Shown piece by piece: positions 26,801 through 36,112 of a stretch of DNA of 50,603 nucleotides. The notes beneath the pieces are model-generated. The model worked only from the letters and a program-made list of their open reading frames with translations. It searched no databases and was not told the DNA's origin. Origin of the DNA: a virus (Duplodnaviria; Caudoviricetes); IMG/VR virus record IMGVR_UViG_3300032309_001784, positions 1-50,603 of that record. The stretch is one strand, 5' to 3'. How positions within the stretch are numbered: the first letter of the stretch is position 1; every line of letters starts with the position of its first letter. A program made the translations under genes and the position numbers.

Positions 26801-27036
26801 AGATTGCAACGGATTGCGAATCGAACGCACCGAAAGCACTCACGAAGCGACAGCGTGAGCTCCTCGATCTCGTGATCGAGCACTCCCGGCTCTACGGGCC
26901 GACTGTTCGCGAGCTTTGCGCCGCCGCCAAGATCGCGTCGCCGAACGGCGTGGCGTGTCACCTCAAGGCGCTTGAGCGCAAGGGCTACGTGCGACGCACG
27001 CCGGGCAAGGCCCGGGCGATCGAGGTGCTGCAATGA
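26797..27036 (+). CDS. LexA-type DNA-binding domain protein lacking the peptidase domain
   Basis: LTKRQRELLDLV...GPTVRELC...SPNGVACHLKALERKGYVRRTPGKARAIEVL. Confidence 0.85.
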   Translation: MKIATDCESNAPKALTKRQRELLDLVIEHSRLYGPTVRELCAAAKIASPNGVACHLKALERKGYVRRTPGKARAIEVLQ

Positions 27037-27287
27037 GCGTGCGTGACTTCGTGATGCTCTCGATTGGCGAAATCATCCTGGCGGCGACGTTCGCCCTTGG
27101 GATTTTGGTTGGTGCATCCCTGAGACGAAAGGAATCTTCTCATGACGACAGCAACGGCAGAACGGAAGCGGCGGCGCAGTGGCACCGCCCTCGATATCGT
27201 GACGCTCACGGCAGCGATGAACGCAGTGAAAAACGCGGTGTCCAACCGGCCTCTCAATCCGATCATGAACAACGTGCTGCTCTGTGA
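27033..27287 (+). CDS. Small membrane protein
   Basis: ATGA coupling and hydrophobic N-terminus; 3' part overlaps the beta-clamp gene. Confidence 0.35.
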   Translation: MSVRDFVMLSIGEIILAATFALGILVGASLRRKESSHDDSNGRTEAAAQWHRPRYRDAHGSDERSEKRGVQPASQSDHEQRAAL

Positions 27288-28260
27288 CGGGCGACTCGTT
27301 GCGGCAAACGGCGAACTGCGGATCGAGTGCTACATCGACTACGCGGGCGAGCCCGTTCTTCTCCCGTACCACCGGACCCTCGCGATCCTGCGGGCGGCGC
27401 GGCAGGGCCAGGTGCGAATTACGCCGAACGGGACGACGTGCACGATCGAGGCGGGCACTGCGCAGTGGACGCTGCCGACCGAGAGCGCCGCTGAGTTCCC
27501 GGGCACGGGGCTTGAGGACGCGCCGGCCTTGGCCCGCATCCCGTGCGACCAGTTCGCCCGGGCGGTAAACGCGGTGAGCTACGCGACCGACACGCAGGGC
27601 ACGCGGTTCGCGCTCGGCGGGATCTGCGTTGAAGTGAGCCGCAACGACGGGACGGTGACGTTCATCGCGACCGACGGCCGGCGGCTCTCGTCGTCTGAGA
27701 TCGAGATCGGGCAGGACACCGACGATGCCCAGCGGCTCGTGCCGGTGGCTGCCATGCAAACTATCCGCGATCTGTGCGACGGGCACGACGAGGAGGCGGT
27801 GCAAATCGACTCGACAGCGTCGGAGTTGATCGCGACGCTGCCAAACGCCCGCGTGATTGCCCGTCTCGTGGAAGGCAAGTTCCCGCGGTGGCGCGACGTG
27901 ATCCCAGAGCACGACACGAGCCCGACCACGGCGACGATTGCCGAACTGCGGGCCGCGACCAGTTCCGCGAGTATCTGCACGAGCGAGCAGTCGAAGGGCG
28001 TCGAGTTCACGTTCGACGGTGACACCATCGCGCTCAAGGGACAGAGCAGCGAGCACGGGACGGCGTCGGTCACGTGCCCTGTCGTGGAGGCCGGGAACGA
28101 GTGCACAGTGAAACTCGACCCGAGCTTCGTGCTCCAGTTCCTCGACGGCCTGCCGGCCGACGGTGAGCCGACGGTGTCGATTCTGACGAAAGACGCTGCG
28201 GGTGCCGTCGTGTTCCGGTGCGACGACTACACCGGGCTCGTGATGCCGCTCGGGGAGTGA
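27142..28260 (+). CDS. dnaN: DNA polymerase III beta sliding clamp
   Basis: 372 aa; NPIMNNVLL, AAEFP, RFALGGI, IATDGRRLS, ARLVEGKFPRWRDVIP, GLVMPL. Confidence 0.9.
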   Translation: MTTATAERKRRRSGTALDIVTLTAAMNAVKNAVSNRPLNPIMNNVLLCDGRLVAANGELRIECYIDYAGEPVLLPYHRTLAILRAARQGQVRITPNGTTCTIEAGTAQWTLPTESAAEFPGTGLEDAPALARIPCDQFARAVNAVSYATDTQGTRFALGGICVEVSRNDGTVTFIATDGRRLSSSEIEIGQDTDDAQRLVPVAAMQTIRDLCDGHDEEAVQIDSTASELIATLPNARVIARLVEGKFPRWRDVIPEHDTSPTTATIAELRAATSSASICTSEQSKGVEFTFDGDTIALKGQSSEHGTASVTCPVVEAGNECTVKLDPSFVLQFLDGLPADGEPTVSILTKDAAGAVVFRCDDYTGLVMPLGE

Positions 28261-28262
28261 GC

Positions 28263-28505
28263 ATGACGACACACTGGAACATCGACGCCGAGGAGTTTCG
28301 CGGGTTGTGGGAGTCGGGAACTCCGGTTGCCACGATTGCGAGCCGCTTCGGCGTGAAAATCAACCACGTGTACAAGCTGCGGCGGCAGTTCGGAATCGCC
28401 GAACGCGACAAGGTGGTGACGAAAGATCCGACACCGTCGCAGATCGCGGAGCGTGCCGCCGCTCTCAAGGTGAAACACTTGCAAGAGATGCGAGCGCTTG
28501 GCTGA
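28263..28505 (+). CDS. Small HTH-like protein
   Basis: LWESGTPVATIASRFGVKINHVYKLRRQFGI. Confidence 0.6.
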   Translation: MTTHWNIDAEEFRGLWESGTPVATIASRFGVKINHVYKLRRQFGIAERDKVVTKDPTPSQIAERAAALKVKHLQEMRALG

Positions 28506-28909
28506 TGTTCATCGCCACCGAAACACCGATGACGATTGAGATCGAGGACGCCGAGTACATCGCTCGCGCGTTGTGCAACCCTGGTTCCGAGATGCAACGC
28601 GAGCTCATCGACTCAAGCACCGACACGCCGATGGTCGTCGTGTATGACCCAGAGCCGATCGGCTGGGTGGCGACGCATCTCTGGCGTGGGCTTCAGACGC
28701 TCGAAGGCTACGTTGATCCAGAGTGGCGGCGCAAGGGGCTCGCGAGGATCGCCGCCCTGACGCTACTCGCGACGGGCTACCTTGACCGGACCAAGGCGAT
28801 TGCCGTGTTCTCTACCGAGTGCGTCACGCTCGCGAAGTCGCTCGGGTTTCAGGACGTTCGCCAGTTCCGGCGCAACCGCTACGGCGACTGGGAGCCCGCC
28901 CCGCTCTGA
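28505..28909 (+). CDS. GNAT-family acetyltransferase
   Basis: Acetyl-CoA motif YVDPEWRRKGLA. Confidence 0.7.
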   Translation: MFIATETPMTIEIEDAEYIARALCNPGSEMQRELIDSSTDTPMVVVYDPEPIGWVATHLWRGLQTLEGYVDPEWRRKGLARIAALTLLATGYLDRTKAIAVFSTECVTLAKSLGFQDVRQFRRNRYGDWEPAPL

Positions 28910-28955
28910 CTGCACGAGTCACGCAGAAACTTGACGCCGGCGCGAGCATGGCGGA

Positions 28956-29363
28956 ATGGAAACGCTGACTTTCTCGGTGCCGGGCGACCCGGTGCCGCAG
29001 CCGCGAGCGAGGGTTTCAACGCGCGGCGGATTCGCACGGGCCTACACGCCAGCCGAGCACCCGATACACCGCTACCGCCAGGCGATCGCCGCCGCCGCCC
29101 GCAAGGCGGGTGCAACTCCGACCGACGCCGTACCGCTCACGCTGATCGTGGATCTCGTGTTCGGAAGGCCGAAGAGTCACTACCGCAAGAGCGGGCTGAA
29201 GCCAGACGCTCCTCGGCTGCCGCGGCCCGACTGCTCGAACTGCCTCAAGGGGATCGAGGACGCGCTAAACGGGATCGCTTGGGTTGACGACACCCAGGTG
29301 AGCCGGGTCGTGGTCGAGAAGAGCTATGGCGACGAGCCCCGGACCGTCGTGCGGATTTCTTGA
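28956..29363 (+). CDS. rusA: RusA-family Holliday junction resolvase
   Basis: VPGDPVPQPRAR...RPDCSNCLKGIEDALNGIAWVDDTQV. Confidence 0.88.
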   Translation: METLTFSVPGDPVPQPRARVSTRGGFARAYTPAEHPIHRYRQAIAAAARKAGATPTDAVPLTLIVDLVFGRPKSHYRKSGLKPDAPRLPRPDCSNCLKGIEDALNGIAWVDDTQVSRVVVEKSYGDEPRTVVRIS

Positions 29364-29427
29364 CACGCTCGCGATAGTCGGTCGCAAGTCGCCGATGGAC
29401 CGGCGACGAACCTGAAGGAGAAATCCT

Positions 29428-29730
29428 ATGCGACCGTTTGTTCTCGTTTGTTCCCTGTTGTTCTGTGTTCCGGCCTTCGCCGACACGAACATTTACGCCC
29501 GCCGCGTCGTCATCTCGTCTGCCCAGCAAGACGCCGAGGAGATGGCCCGCACCGGCGTCCTTCGCCACTGCGGCCGGGCCGGCGGCCGGCGGGAAGGTAT
29601 CGGCACTGGCAGCACGCCCGACGCTGCGTTCCGCAACTGTTGCTACTACGGGCGGTATCGGATCGTTGAGAAGGGCGTCGCCTACTCGCCGACGCGTCGC
29701 CAGTATTTCGCCGTCATCCGCTACGAGTGA
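29428..29730 (+). CDS. Small secreted Cys-containing protein
   Basis: Signal-peptide-like MRPFVLVCSLLFCVPAFA; RBS AAGGAG. Confidence 0.6.
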   Translation: MRPFVLVCSLLFCVPAFADTNIYARRVVISSAQQDAEEMARTGVLRHCGRAGGRREGIGTGSTPDAAFRNCCYYGRYRIVEKGVAYSPTRRQYFAVIRYE

Positions 29731-29733
29731 GTC

Positions 29734-30363
29734 ATGCCCGCTGAGATCAGCACAAGCGATCCGTTTGGCCGGGCGATCGTGCAGACGATTCGCGAGCACG
29801 CGTATGAAAGCGTGCTTGAGATCGGCAGCATGGACGGGCTCGGCTCGACGCAAGTGATGATCGAGGCTCTGCGGCACGCGGGCGACCCAAGGCTAGTGTG
29901 TCTGGAAACCGACCCCGAGCGGTTCCGGCACCTGGCGTGGGTCGTCCGCGAGCACGCGTGGGTGCTGCCGCTGCGGCAGCCGTCGGTGTCGATGGCATCT
30001 CTCACGCCTAGCGACTTCGACCGCGACGTGTGGGGCTCGCCGCACAACCATCTCCGCTACCCCCGCGACCTCGTGGAGTCGTGGTGGGGCGAGATGATGG
30101 ATCAGATGCGAAGCGGCGAGGCGGGGTTTCTGGAGATGAACGCCGACACGTTCGACGTGGTGCTGGTCGATGGCGGCGAGTTCACTGGCTACGACGACTA
30201 CCGGCTCGCAAAGGATCGCTGTCGGTGCATGATGCTCGATGACGTGCATCATGCGTACAAGTGCGCTCGGGCTCACGCTGAACTCGCGGCCGACCCAGCG
30301 TGGCAACTGCACTGGCAGAGCCCTCACGTGCGAAATGGAGCCGCGATCTGGATAAAGAAATGA
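29734..30363 (+). CDS. Class I SAM-dependent methyltransferase
   Basis: VLEIGSMDGLGST, FDVVLVDGGEF, MLDDV. Confidence 0.8.
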   Translation: MPAEISTSDPFGRAIVQTIREHAYESVLEIGSMDGLGSTQVMIEALRHAGDPRLVCLETDPERFRHLAWVVREHAWVLPLRQPSVSMASLTPSDFDRDVWGSPHNHLRYPRDLVESWWGEMMDQMRSGEAGFLEMNADTFDVVLVDGGEFTGYDDYRLAKDRCRCMMLDDVHHAYKCARAHAELAADPAWQLHWQSPHVRNGAAIWIKK

Positions 30364-31058
30364 ACATCACCATCAGCGGCTACAACCGGCCTGAGTATCT
30401 AGCACGCACGTGCGAGGCAGTCTCGAAATGCGTCGGCGTTTCGAGTTGCCGGGTCGCTGTTCTGCTCGACCCATGCGACGAGACCGAGAAGTCGAAGCAT
30501 ATCGCCGGCACTTATGGATTTGAGTGCTTGGCCTACGAGCGGCACGCCGGATGCAACGACTCGATTTACACGTCTATGCGGTACGGGTTTGATGTCATGC
30601 AGTCGGAGTTTCATCTGCACTTTGAGGACGACACGGTTCCGACTCGGGACGCGCTGCTCTGGTTCTCGTGGGCTCGCGACAAGTACCGCCACGACGCAAA
30701 CGTGTTCACCGTGAGCGGCTACCAGCAACAGAGCAACGGCAGGCCCGCCGAGTGCGGAACGCGGCGGTGGTTCACGCCTTGGGGTTGGGGCACGTGGATC
30801 GACCGCTGGGCAGAGATGCGCGATCGGTGGACGAGCAAAGAAGGCCCGAGTTGGGACATCATCGTGAACAATGTCATTCGAGGCACGCGGTGGGAGGCGT
30901 TCCCGACTGTCAGCCGCATCCAGAACATCGGAGCCGAAAAGGGCACGCACGTCTCAGGGCCAGAGTGGCACGCGAAGTACCACCACGTGCCGCAGACAGC
31001 CGATGACCTGGGCGGCCCGGTCGTCCGCGACTTCGTAGAAGTGGAGCCGCTCCTGTGA
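30360..31058 (+). CDS. GT-A fold glycosyltransferase
   Basis: SGYNRPEYL, HFEDD, TPWGWGTW, SRIQNIG. Confidence 0.78.
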   Translation: MNITISGYNRPEYLARTCEAVSKCVGVSSCRVAVLLDPCDETEKSKHIAGTYGFECLAYERHAGCNDSIYTSMRYGFDVMQSEFHLHFEDDTVPTRDALLWFSWARDKYRHDANVFTVSGYQQQSNGRPAECGTRRWFTPWGWGTWIDRWAEMRDRWTSKEGPSWDIIVNNVIRGTRWEAFPTVSRIQNIGAEKGTHVSGPEWHAKYHHVPQTADDLGGPVVRDFVEVEPLL

Positions 31059-31696
31059 TCTTGATGATTGAGCACTACGCGTCAACAGACGAGTCCCGCG
31101 CCCGCGAGCTCGCAATGACGCTAGAGGCAAACAAGAACTGCCAAGCGTTCAAAGAAATCTTTGTGATGCAGGGACCAAGCAGGCTGACGTTTGGTCGTGC
31201 TTTTCGCGTGGCCGCCGAGCAGTATCGCGGCCAAGTCTGCGTGCTCGCTAACGCCGACATTCAGTTCGACGCGAGCGCTCATCTGATACGGGCGGCTGTT
31301 GGCGAGAAGGTTCTGGTGACGCTAACTCGATGGGAGACAGACGCGTCGCCTCGAATGATCGGGCAAATGAAGCACGAGCGCTTTTACTCTGGCTCGCAAG
31401 ACGCGTGGGCGTGGATCGGCGGCGAGCTTGTTGGCGTCGGAGAAGCCATTCCTCTTGGCTACATCGGCTGCGATAACGCGATTGCTGGCGAGGCAATGAA
31501 CGCAGGGTATGACGTTGTAAACCCGTCGCTCTCAATCAAGACGCGACACAATCACGCGAGCACCGGCCGTGGCCCAGACGAACTAAGCGTCACTGGCACT
31601 TACGCCTATCCAGAAATGACAACGCTCTTCGTGACAGACCGCATGGCGTTTCATAAGTGGCCGCTGGAGCAACCCGATGCCGCAGATCACGCTTGA
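31055..31696 (+). CDS. Putative glycosyltransferase
   Basis: VLANADIQFD, SQDAWAW, GCDNAIA, NPSLSI. Confidence 0.6.
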   Translation: MILMIEHYASTDESRARELAMTLEANKNCQAFKEIFVMQGPSRLTFGRAFRVAAEQYRGQVCVLANADIQFDASAHLIRAAVGEKVLVTLTRWETDASPRMIGQMKHERFYSGSQDAWAWIGGELVGVGEAIPLGYIGCDNAIAGEAMNAGYDVVNPSLSIKTRHNHASTGRGPDELSVTGTYAYPEMTTLFVTDRMAFHKWPLEQPDAADHA

Positions 31697-32555
31697 TGAG
31701 ATCGAGGCCCGCCGGCCCGACGTGCTGCTCCCGCCCGCCGCGGAGTTCGCAGAGGACTACGCTCGCACGGTGCAGGCTGGTCGCGAGATCGCCGCCACGA
31801 GGACGGTCGCCCTGGTTGCGATATGCCGGAACGCTATGCCGTGGGTTGAGCAAACTCTCCCGCTCGTTGAAGAGACCGCCGCGATGTTTCACGACTGGTC
31901 GGCGTTCGTCTACGAGAACGATTCCGCTGACGATACGAAGGACGTTCTCGGGCGGTGGCACGACGGGCAACGACGGCACGTGTCGCTCAATGCGAACGGT
32001 CGCCCGCACTTGAACTTCACGACCGAGCAGGTTCGCACGCACGCGCTCGCGGAGTATCGGGCAGCTTGCCAGACGTTCGTCAAGAACGGCGAGACGCCCG
32101 ACTACGTGGTTGTGTTCGACACCGACCCGTGGGGTGGATGGTCGATCGACGGGGTGGCGAACAGCATCGCGTGGCTAGATCGCGACCCGTCGCTCTACGG
32201 GCTGGCGTCCTACTCGTGGAGCGAGTGGGGGCCGCCGGTTGTGGCGTCGCCAATGCCGCTCCAATATGACGCGTTCGCGGCTCGCTTTAATCACTGGAAG
32301 CAACGTGACCAGCAATGGTTTCACCACTGGCATCCTGCGGTCGGCTCGCCGCCGGTGCCGTTCAACAGCGCCTTCGGGCAACTCGCCATCTATCGCGGTG
32401 CCGACTACCTCGCCGGCACGTATGCAGGGCACGATTGCGAACACGTGTGCTTTCACCGTTCGATTCACGAAGCCACCGGCAAACGGCTCGCACTCAACCC
32501 ATCAATGCGGTGCGTCTCGTTCTGGGTGCCCGACGAGGTGAAGCGTGCGGGGTGA
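31677..32555 (+). CDS. Glycosyltransferase (CAP59/GT69-like)
   Basis: YENDSADDT, LAEYR, VVVFDTD, NSAFGQLAIY, DCEHV. Confidence 0.7.
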   Translation: MPQITLDEIEARRPDVLLPPAAEFAEDYARTVQAGREIAATRTVALVAICRNAMPWVEQTLPLVEETAAMFHDWSAFVYENDSADDTKDVLGRWHDGQRRHVSLNANGRPHLNFTTEQVRTHALAEYRAACQTFVKNGETPDYVVVFDTDPWGGWSIDGVANSIAWLDRDPSLYGLASYSWSEWGPPVVASPMPLQYDAFAARFNHWKQRDQQWFHHWHPAVGSPPVPFNSAFGQLAIYRGADYLAGTYAGHDCEHVCFHRSIHEATGKRLALNPSMRCVSFWVPDEVKRAG

Positions 32556-32931
32556 CACAAGCCGGATCGACATCGCAACGCTGAAGGTTCAGTGGGCAAG
32601 CCACTCGTCCTACGCGTCGCTCTGCACGTTCTGGACGGTGACACGCGACCAACTCGTGCGGCTCCGCGACGTGGTTCCGCTGCCGCCACGCCACGACCGC
32701 CGGCTGCGGTACAAGCCGCCGCGCCCCGAGAAGCCGACGCCCGATGAGATCGCCGCGAGCGAGGCAAGCCTAAACCTTGCCCCGATGGTGGCTGCTAGGG
32801 CCACGAACGAGTCGGTGCTCTGGACCGAGGAGGTGCGGGCACTCAGGCAAGTGCGAAAGGCGACAGCGTTCCGCCTGGCCCAAGTCGATGTGCCCGACGA
32901 GCTCCGGCATCTCTTGGATGACGAGCCATGA
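32545..32931 (+). CDS. Hypothetical protein
   Basis: 128-aa coupled ORF. Confidence 0.5.
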   Translation: MRGDTSRIDIATLKVQWASHSSYASLCTFWTVTRDQLVRLRDVVPLPPRHDRRLRYKPPRPEKPTPDEIAASEASLNLAPMVAARATNESVLWTEEVRALRQVRKATAFRLAQVDVPDELRHLLDDEP

Positions 32932-33179
32932 GCCAGCCCGACGAAGTAGTGCGGCGGATCGTCGCCGAGTACGGGCAGCTTTACGTGTACCTCTACGTGA
33001 CCGACGGGAACGGAAAGGTGCTCGAAGACGATCGGTTCAAGCAGCCGTTTCGGCTGGACAAGCGGGACACAGTCGAGGAAGCCAAAGAGTTCTTTGACCG
33101 GGCGTATGACTGGGTGAACGAAACGATTAACTGGCCGTCTGCAAGTGACGGCGGTGGGAGCGGTAGCGTGGAGGAATAG
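32928..33179 (+). CDS. Hypothetical protein
   Basis: ATGA-coupled 83-aa ORF. Confidence 0.55.
   Translation: MSQPDEVVRRIVAEYGQLYVYLYVTDGNGKVLEDDRFKQPFRLDKRDTVEEAKEFFDRAYDWVNETINWPSASDGGGSGSVEE
33139..33169 (+). promoter_or_regulatory. Putative late promoter CTGCAAG-N18-TAGCGT
   Basis: Exact motif copy upstream of the membrane/protease block. Confidence 0.65.
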
Positions 33180-33191
33180 GAGACCCCACGC

Positions 33192-33500
33192 ATGACCACT
33201 CCGAACTACACCGCGACGGCCGACGAGTACGCGAAGTACGGCACAAACCTGAATGTGTGGGAGCAGCTTCGCTTGCTCTCCCAATGGGCTCCGCTGCTCG
33301 CCTACGGGCAAGCGTTCATCAACAGCGTCGATCCCTACAAGAAATCTCTTGTCGTGGCGGATGCCGCGGAGTGGATCGCCAGCAAGACCGATGCCCAGGT
33401 GGACGACCAACTTGTTCGCCTGCTCGCGGAAATCCTCAAGACCCCGCAAGGCGAAGCCCTCGTGCGGTGGTGCCTCCTCAAGTCCGAGGGGGCGAAGTGA
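33192..33500 (+). CDS. Hypothetical protein
   Basis: RBS AGGAG; 102 aa. Confidence 0.6.
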   Translation: MTTPNYTATADEYAKYGTNLNVWEQLRLLSQWAPLLAYGQAFINSVDPYKKSLVVADAAEWIASKTDAQVDDQLVRLLAEILKTPQGEALVRWCLLKSEGAK

Positions 33501-33775
33501 GCGGCGATGCCATCATTCGTGTCGTCGCCGCATTGGCGGCAGTGGGTCTCCTCGCTGCTCCCGCGTTGGCCCGCGTGGTGGAAGGCGTCCGCGCGTCGAT
33601 CGCCGCCCGCCGAGCCGAAGCCGGCGGCGAAGAACCCGTGAAGGTCACGCCGAAGGATCTGCACGTCGTGCTCGATCTCGCCACGCGGCTGAAGGCGGCG
33701 GGCCTGGCGGAAGGCGTGGCTCTCTGCCAGCAGTTGATCGAGGTGATGCTCGGGAACACGAAGGCGAAGAAATGA
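33497..33775 (+). CDS. Membrane-anchored hypothetical protein
   Basis: GTGA coupling; hydrophobic IIRVVAALAAVGLLAAPAL. Confidence 0.55.
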   Translation: MSGDAIIRVVAALAAVGLLAAPALARVVEGVRASIAARRAEAGGEEPVKVTPKDLHVVLDLATRLKAAGLAEGVALCQQLIEVMLGNTKAKK

Positions 33776-34254
33776 ACGTCCGCATTGCGGCGGGCATCGC
33801 GCTCGCCTTCCTCGCCGTGTTCGGCGTGCCCTCGAAGCTCACGCTCCCGAGCCTGCCGCGCGTCGCCGTCACCGTCACCGAGCCGAGCCCCGAGATGAAG
33901 ACCAAGGTCGCCCCCGTTGCCGAAGCCCTGCGTTCCGCCTCGCCCGTTGATCGGGCGATCTGGGCTTCGATCTGGGAGAAGGCCGCTATCGTCGTGGCCG
34001 GCGACGCCGTCTCGCCCGAGATCGCATTCACCGATACGAGGAGCCTGCGGCAGTTCACCGTGCTCGCCCTCGACATTGCGTGGCGTCGGCTGGGCGGCAA
34101 CAAGGCCGGCAAGTACACCGGGCTCCGAGAGGCTGTCGAGTCGGTGCTCGGCGAGACGGTCGGCAGCGAAGTCGTGCCGGTCACGCCCGACGTGCGGCGG
34201 TCCTACTCCGACGCCGCGAGGGCAGTCGCGTGGGCTGGCATCCACGGGGAGTAG
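33772..34254 (+). CDS. Membrane-anchored/secreted hypothetical protein
   Basis: ATGA coupling; N-terminal hydrophobic segment. Confidence 0.55.
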   Translation: MNVRIAAGIALAFLAVFGVPSKLTLPSLPRVAVTVTEPSPEMKTKVAPVAEALRSASPVDRAIWASIWEKAAIVVAGDAVSPEIAFTDTRSLRQFTVLALDIAWRRLGGNKAGKYTGLREAVESVLGETVGSEVVPVTPDVRRSYSDAARAVAWAGIHGE

Positions 34255-34256
34255 CA

Positions 34257-35177
34257 ATGGAAGCCCGGGCCTTCGGATACGATCCCGATCCGGCCGGCGC
34301 GGCGGCGTTCGTCTCTACGCTCGCCCGCCCGACGCTTGCCCAGGCTGGCCCCGAGCTCGCCACCGACGAGAAGACCGACGTGTTTCTCTACGAGGCTCTG
34401 CTCCGGCTGATGCCGTCGTGGGAGCGCGGCTCGCAAGGCAATGTGGGTTCGTGCGTCGGCTGGGCCGCGAGCCTGTGCGTGGACATCCTCGCCGCGTGCG
34501 ACATCGTCTACCGCAAAGAGCCCGAGACGTGGGGAGGCCGCACAATCGAGGCGAGCCTTTATGGAATTTCGAGGGTCGAGAGCCGCGGGCTGCGGGTGAA
34601 TGCGGGCGGGGATGGATCGACCGGCTTCCACGCCGCAAAGGCGATCCGCGACTTCGGGTGCCTGCACTACGGCCAGGACTACGGCGGCACACGGTTCGAC
34701 TCGCACTCGTCGCAGCGTGAACGCGACTGGGGTCGCAACGGTCTTCCCGACGTGCTCGAACCGTTTGCGAAGGAACGCCGCGCGAGCGAGACAACCCTGT
34801 GCACGTCGTTCATGGACGTGGCCCGCGCCGTGTCGAACGGCTACGCGGTCTGTGTCTGTTCGCTCCAGGGCTTTTCGATGAGCCGCGACGAGGATGGGTT
34901 CTGCCGGCCCGGCGGGACGTGGCCGCACGCGATGTGCATTTGTTCGATTCGCTGGGGCAAGCGGCCGGGAGCTCTGATCGTGAACTCCTGGGGTGCGAGC
35001 AACACGGTCGGCAAGCATTACCCAGAGAACATCCCCGAGCCGGTTCGCGTGTGCTCGTTCTGGGCCGACGCCGACGTGATCGACCGCATGTGCCGCGGGG
35101 AGGACACGTACACCTACGCGGGCTACAGCGGGTTCAAGGCGACGAAGATCGAGAACTGGACCGGGGGCACGCTATGA
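34257..35177 (+). CDS. Papain-like (C1 family) cysteine peptidase
   Basis: QGNVGSCVGW (oxyanion Q, catalytic C), WPHAM (H), IVNSWG (N). Confidence 0.85.
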   Translation: MEARAFGYDPDPAGAAAFVSTLARPTLAQAGPELATDEKTDVFLYEALLRLMPSWERGSQGNVGSCVGWAASLCVDILAACDIVYRKEPETWGGRTIEASLYGISRVESRGLRVNAGGDGSTGFHAAKAIRDFGCLHYGQDYGGTRFDSHSSQRERDWGRNGLPDVLEPFAKERRASETTLCTSFMDVARAVSNGYAVCVCSLQGFSMSRDEDGFCRPGGTWPHAMCICSIRWGKRPGALIVNSWGASNTVGKHYPENIPEPVRVCSFWADADVIDRMCRGEDTYTYAGYSGFKATKIENWTGGTL

Positions 35178-35446
35178 ACCGCACGCTGCTCCTTGTCGTG
35201 GTGCTGCTCGCCGGCTGCGTGCCGGGAGTGGCGGTGGACGACGCCGCCATCACGGCGGATCTCGCGTGCGAGGCCGCTCGCTCCGCGGTGCTGCTCTCGC
35301 ATCAGATCACGCCGGCCCCGAAGCCGCCCGCCCCACCGAAGCCCACGCCTGGCAAGTGCTCGCGGTGCAGCGGCACCGGCCTCCTGCCGACAGACGGGCG
35401 GATCAAGATCGAGTGCCCCGACTGCAAAGGGACGGGCAAGATATGA
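35174..35446 (+). CDS. Lipoprotein with DnaJ-type CxxCxGxG zinc finger
   Basis: Lipobox LLAGC; Pro-rich linker; CSRCSGTG and CPDCKGTG. Confidence 0.7.
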   Translation: MNRTLLLVVVLLAGCVPGVAVDDAAITADLACEAARSAVLLSHQITPAPKPPAPPKPTPGKCSRCSGTGLLPTDGRIKIECPDCKGTGKI

Positions 35447-35802
35447 ACCTCGATCAGTTGCAGGCATACGCGTGGCGGCGGCTGCCGCTCGGCAAGTACA
35501 TGGTCGGCAAGCAGACGACCGACGACCTCGTGCAACTGGCGGTCGAGAACTGGGAGGCCGAGTACTTGAACCACGCCAGGGACGACGAGGGCCGGCAGGC
35601 GGTGTGCCTGTCGATGCTGGCGTCGGTCAAGCGCGGGCACCAGTTGGCGAGCGGGAAAGAGCCGCAGGAGTACGGCTTCATCTGGACGTTCCTCCTCCAG
35701 ATGCTCGCCGGTGCCGTGATTCAGATACTCCTCAAGTGGTGGCAGGAACGTGCAAGCAACCGGGTGTGGATGGTCACAATGAAAGCGGAGTTGACAACAT
35801 GA
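35443..35802 (+). CDS. Membrane protein
   Basis: Hydrophobic FIWTFLLQMLAGAVIQILLKWW. Confidence 0.55.
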   Translation: MNLDQLQAYAWRRLPLGKYMVGKQTTDDLVQLAVENWEAEYLNHARDDEGRQAVCLSMLASVKRGHQLASGKEPQEYGFIWTFLLQMLAGAVIQILLKWWQERASNRVWMVTMKAELTT

Positions 35803-36110
35803 CCGCTGACGAACTGAAGCAGGGCGTGCTGGATTCGATGCTGCGGATCGCCGAACGCTTCGGCGTTCCGGTCGTGCTACTCGCCGTAATGATCTGGCTT
35901 GGCCGCGAGGCGGCGATCACGCTGCACGGTTCGTTTGTGGAGCCGGTCGTGAAGTCTCACGTCGAGTTTTTGGAGACGACGAGCGAGACGCTGCGGGAGA
36001 TCGGCAGAACGCAAGAGAAGCAGGCCGAGACGCTCGATGAGCTCGCTCACGGGCAACGCGAAATCCAGCAAGTTCTTGCACGGCCTTCTAAGACCGAAGG
36101 AACAAACTAG
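35799..36110 (+). CDS. Holin/spanin-like membrane protein with coiled coil
   Basis: One TM segment (FGVPVVLLAVMIWL) then a heptad-rich tail. Confidence 0.5.
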   Translation: MTADELKQGVLDSMLRIAERFGVPVVLLAVMIWLGREAAITLHGSFVEPVVKSHVEFLETTSETLREIGRTQEKQAETLDELAHGQREIQQVLARPSKTEGTN

Positions 36111-36112
36111 CC

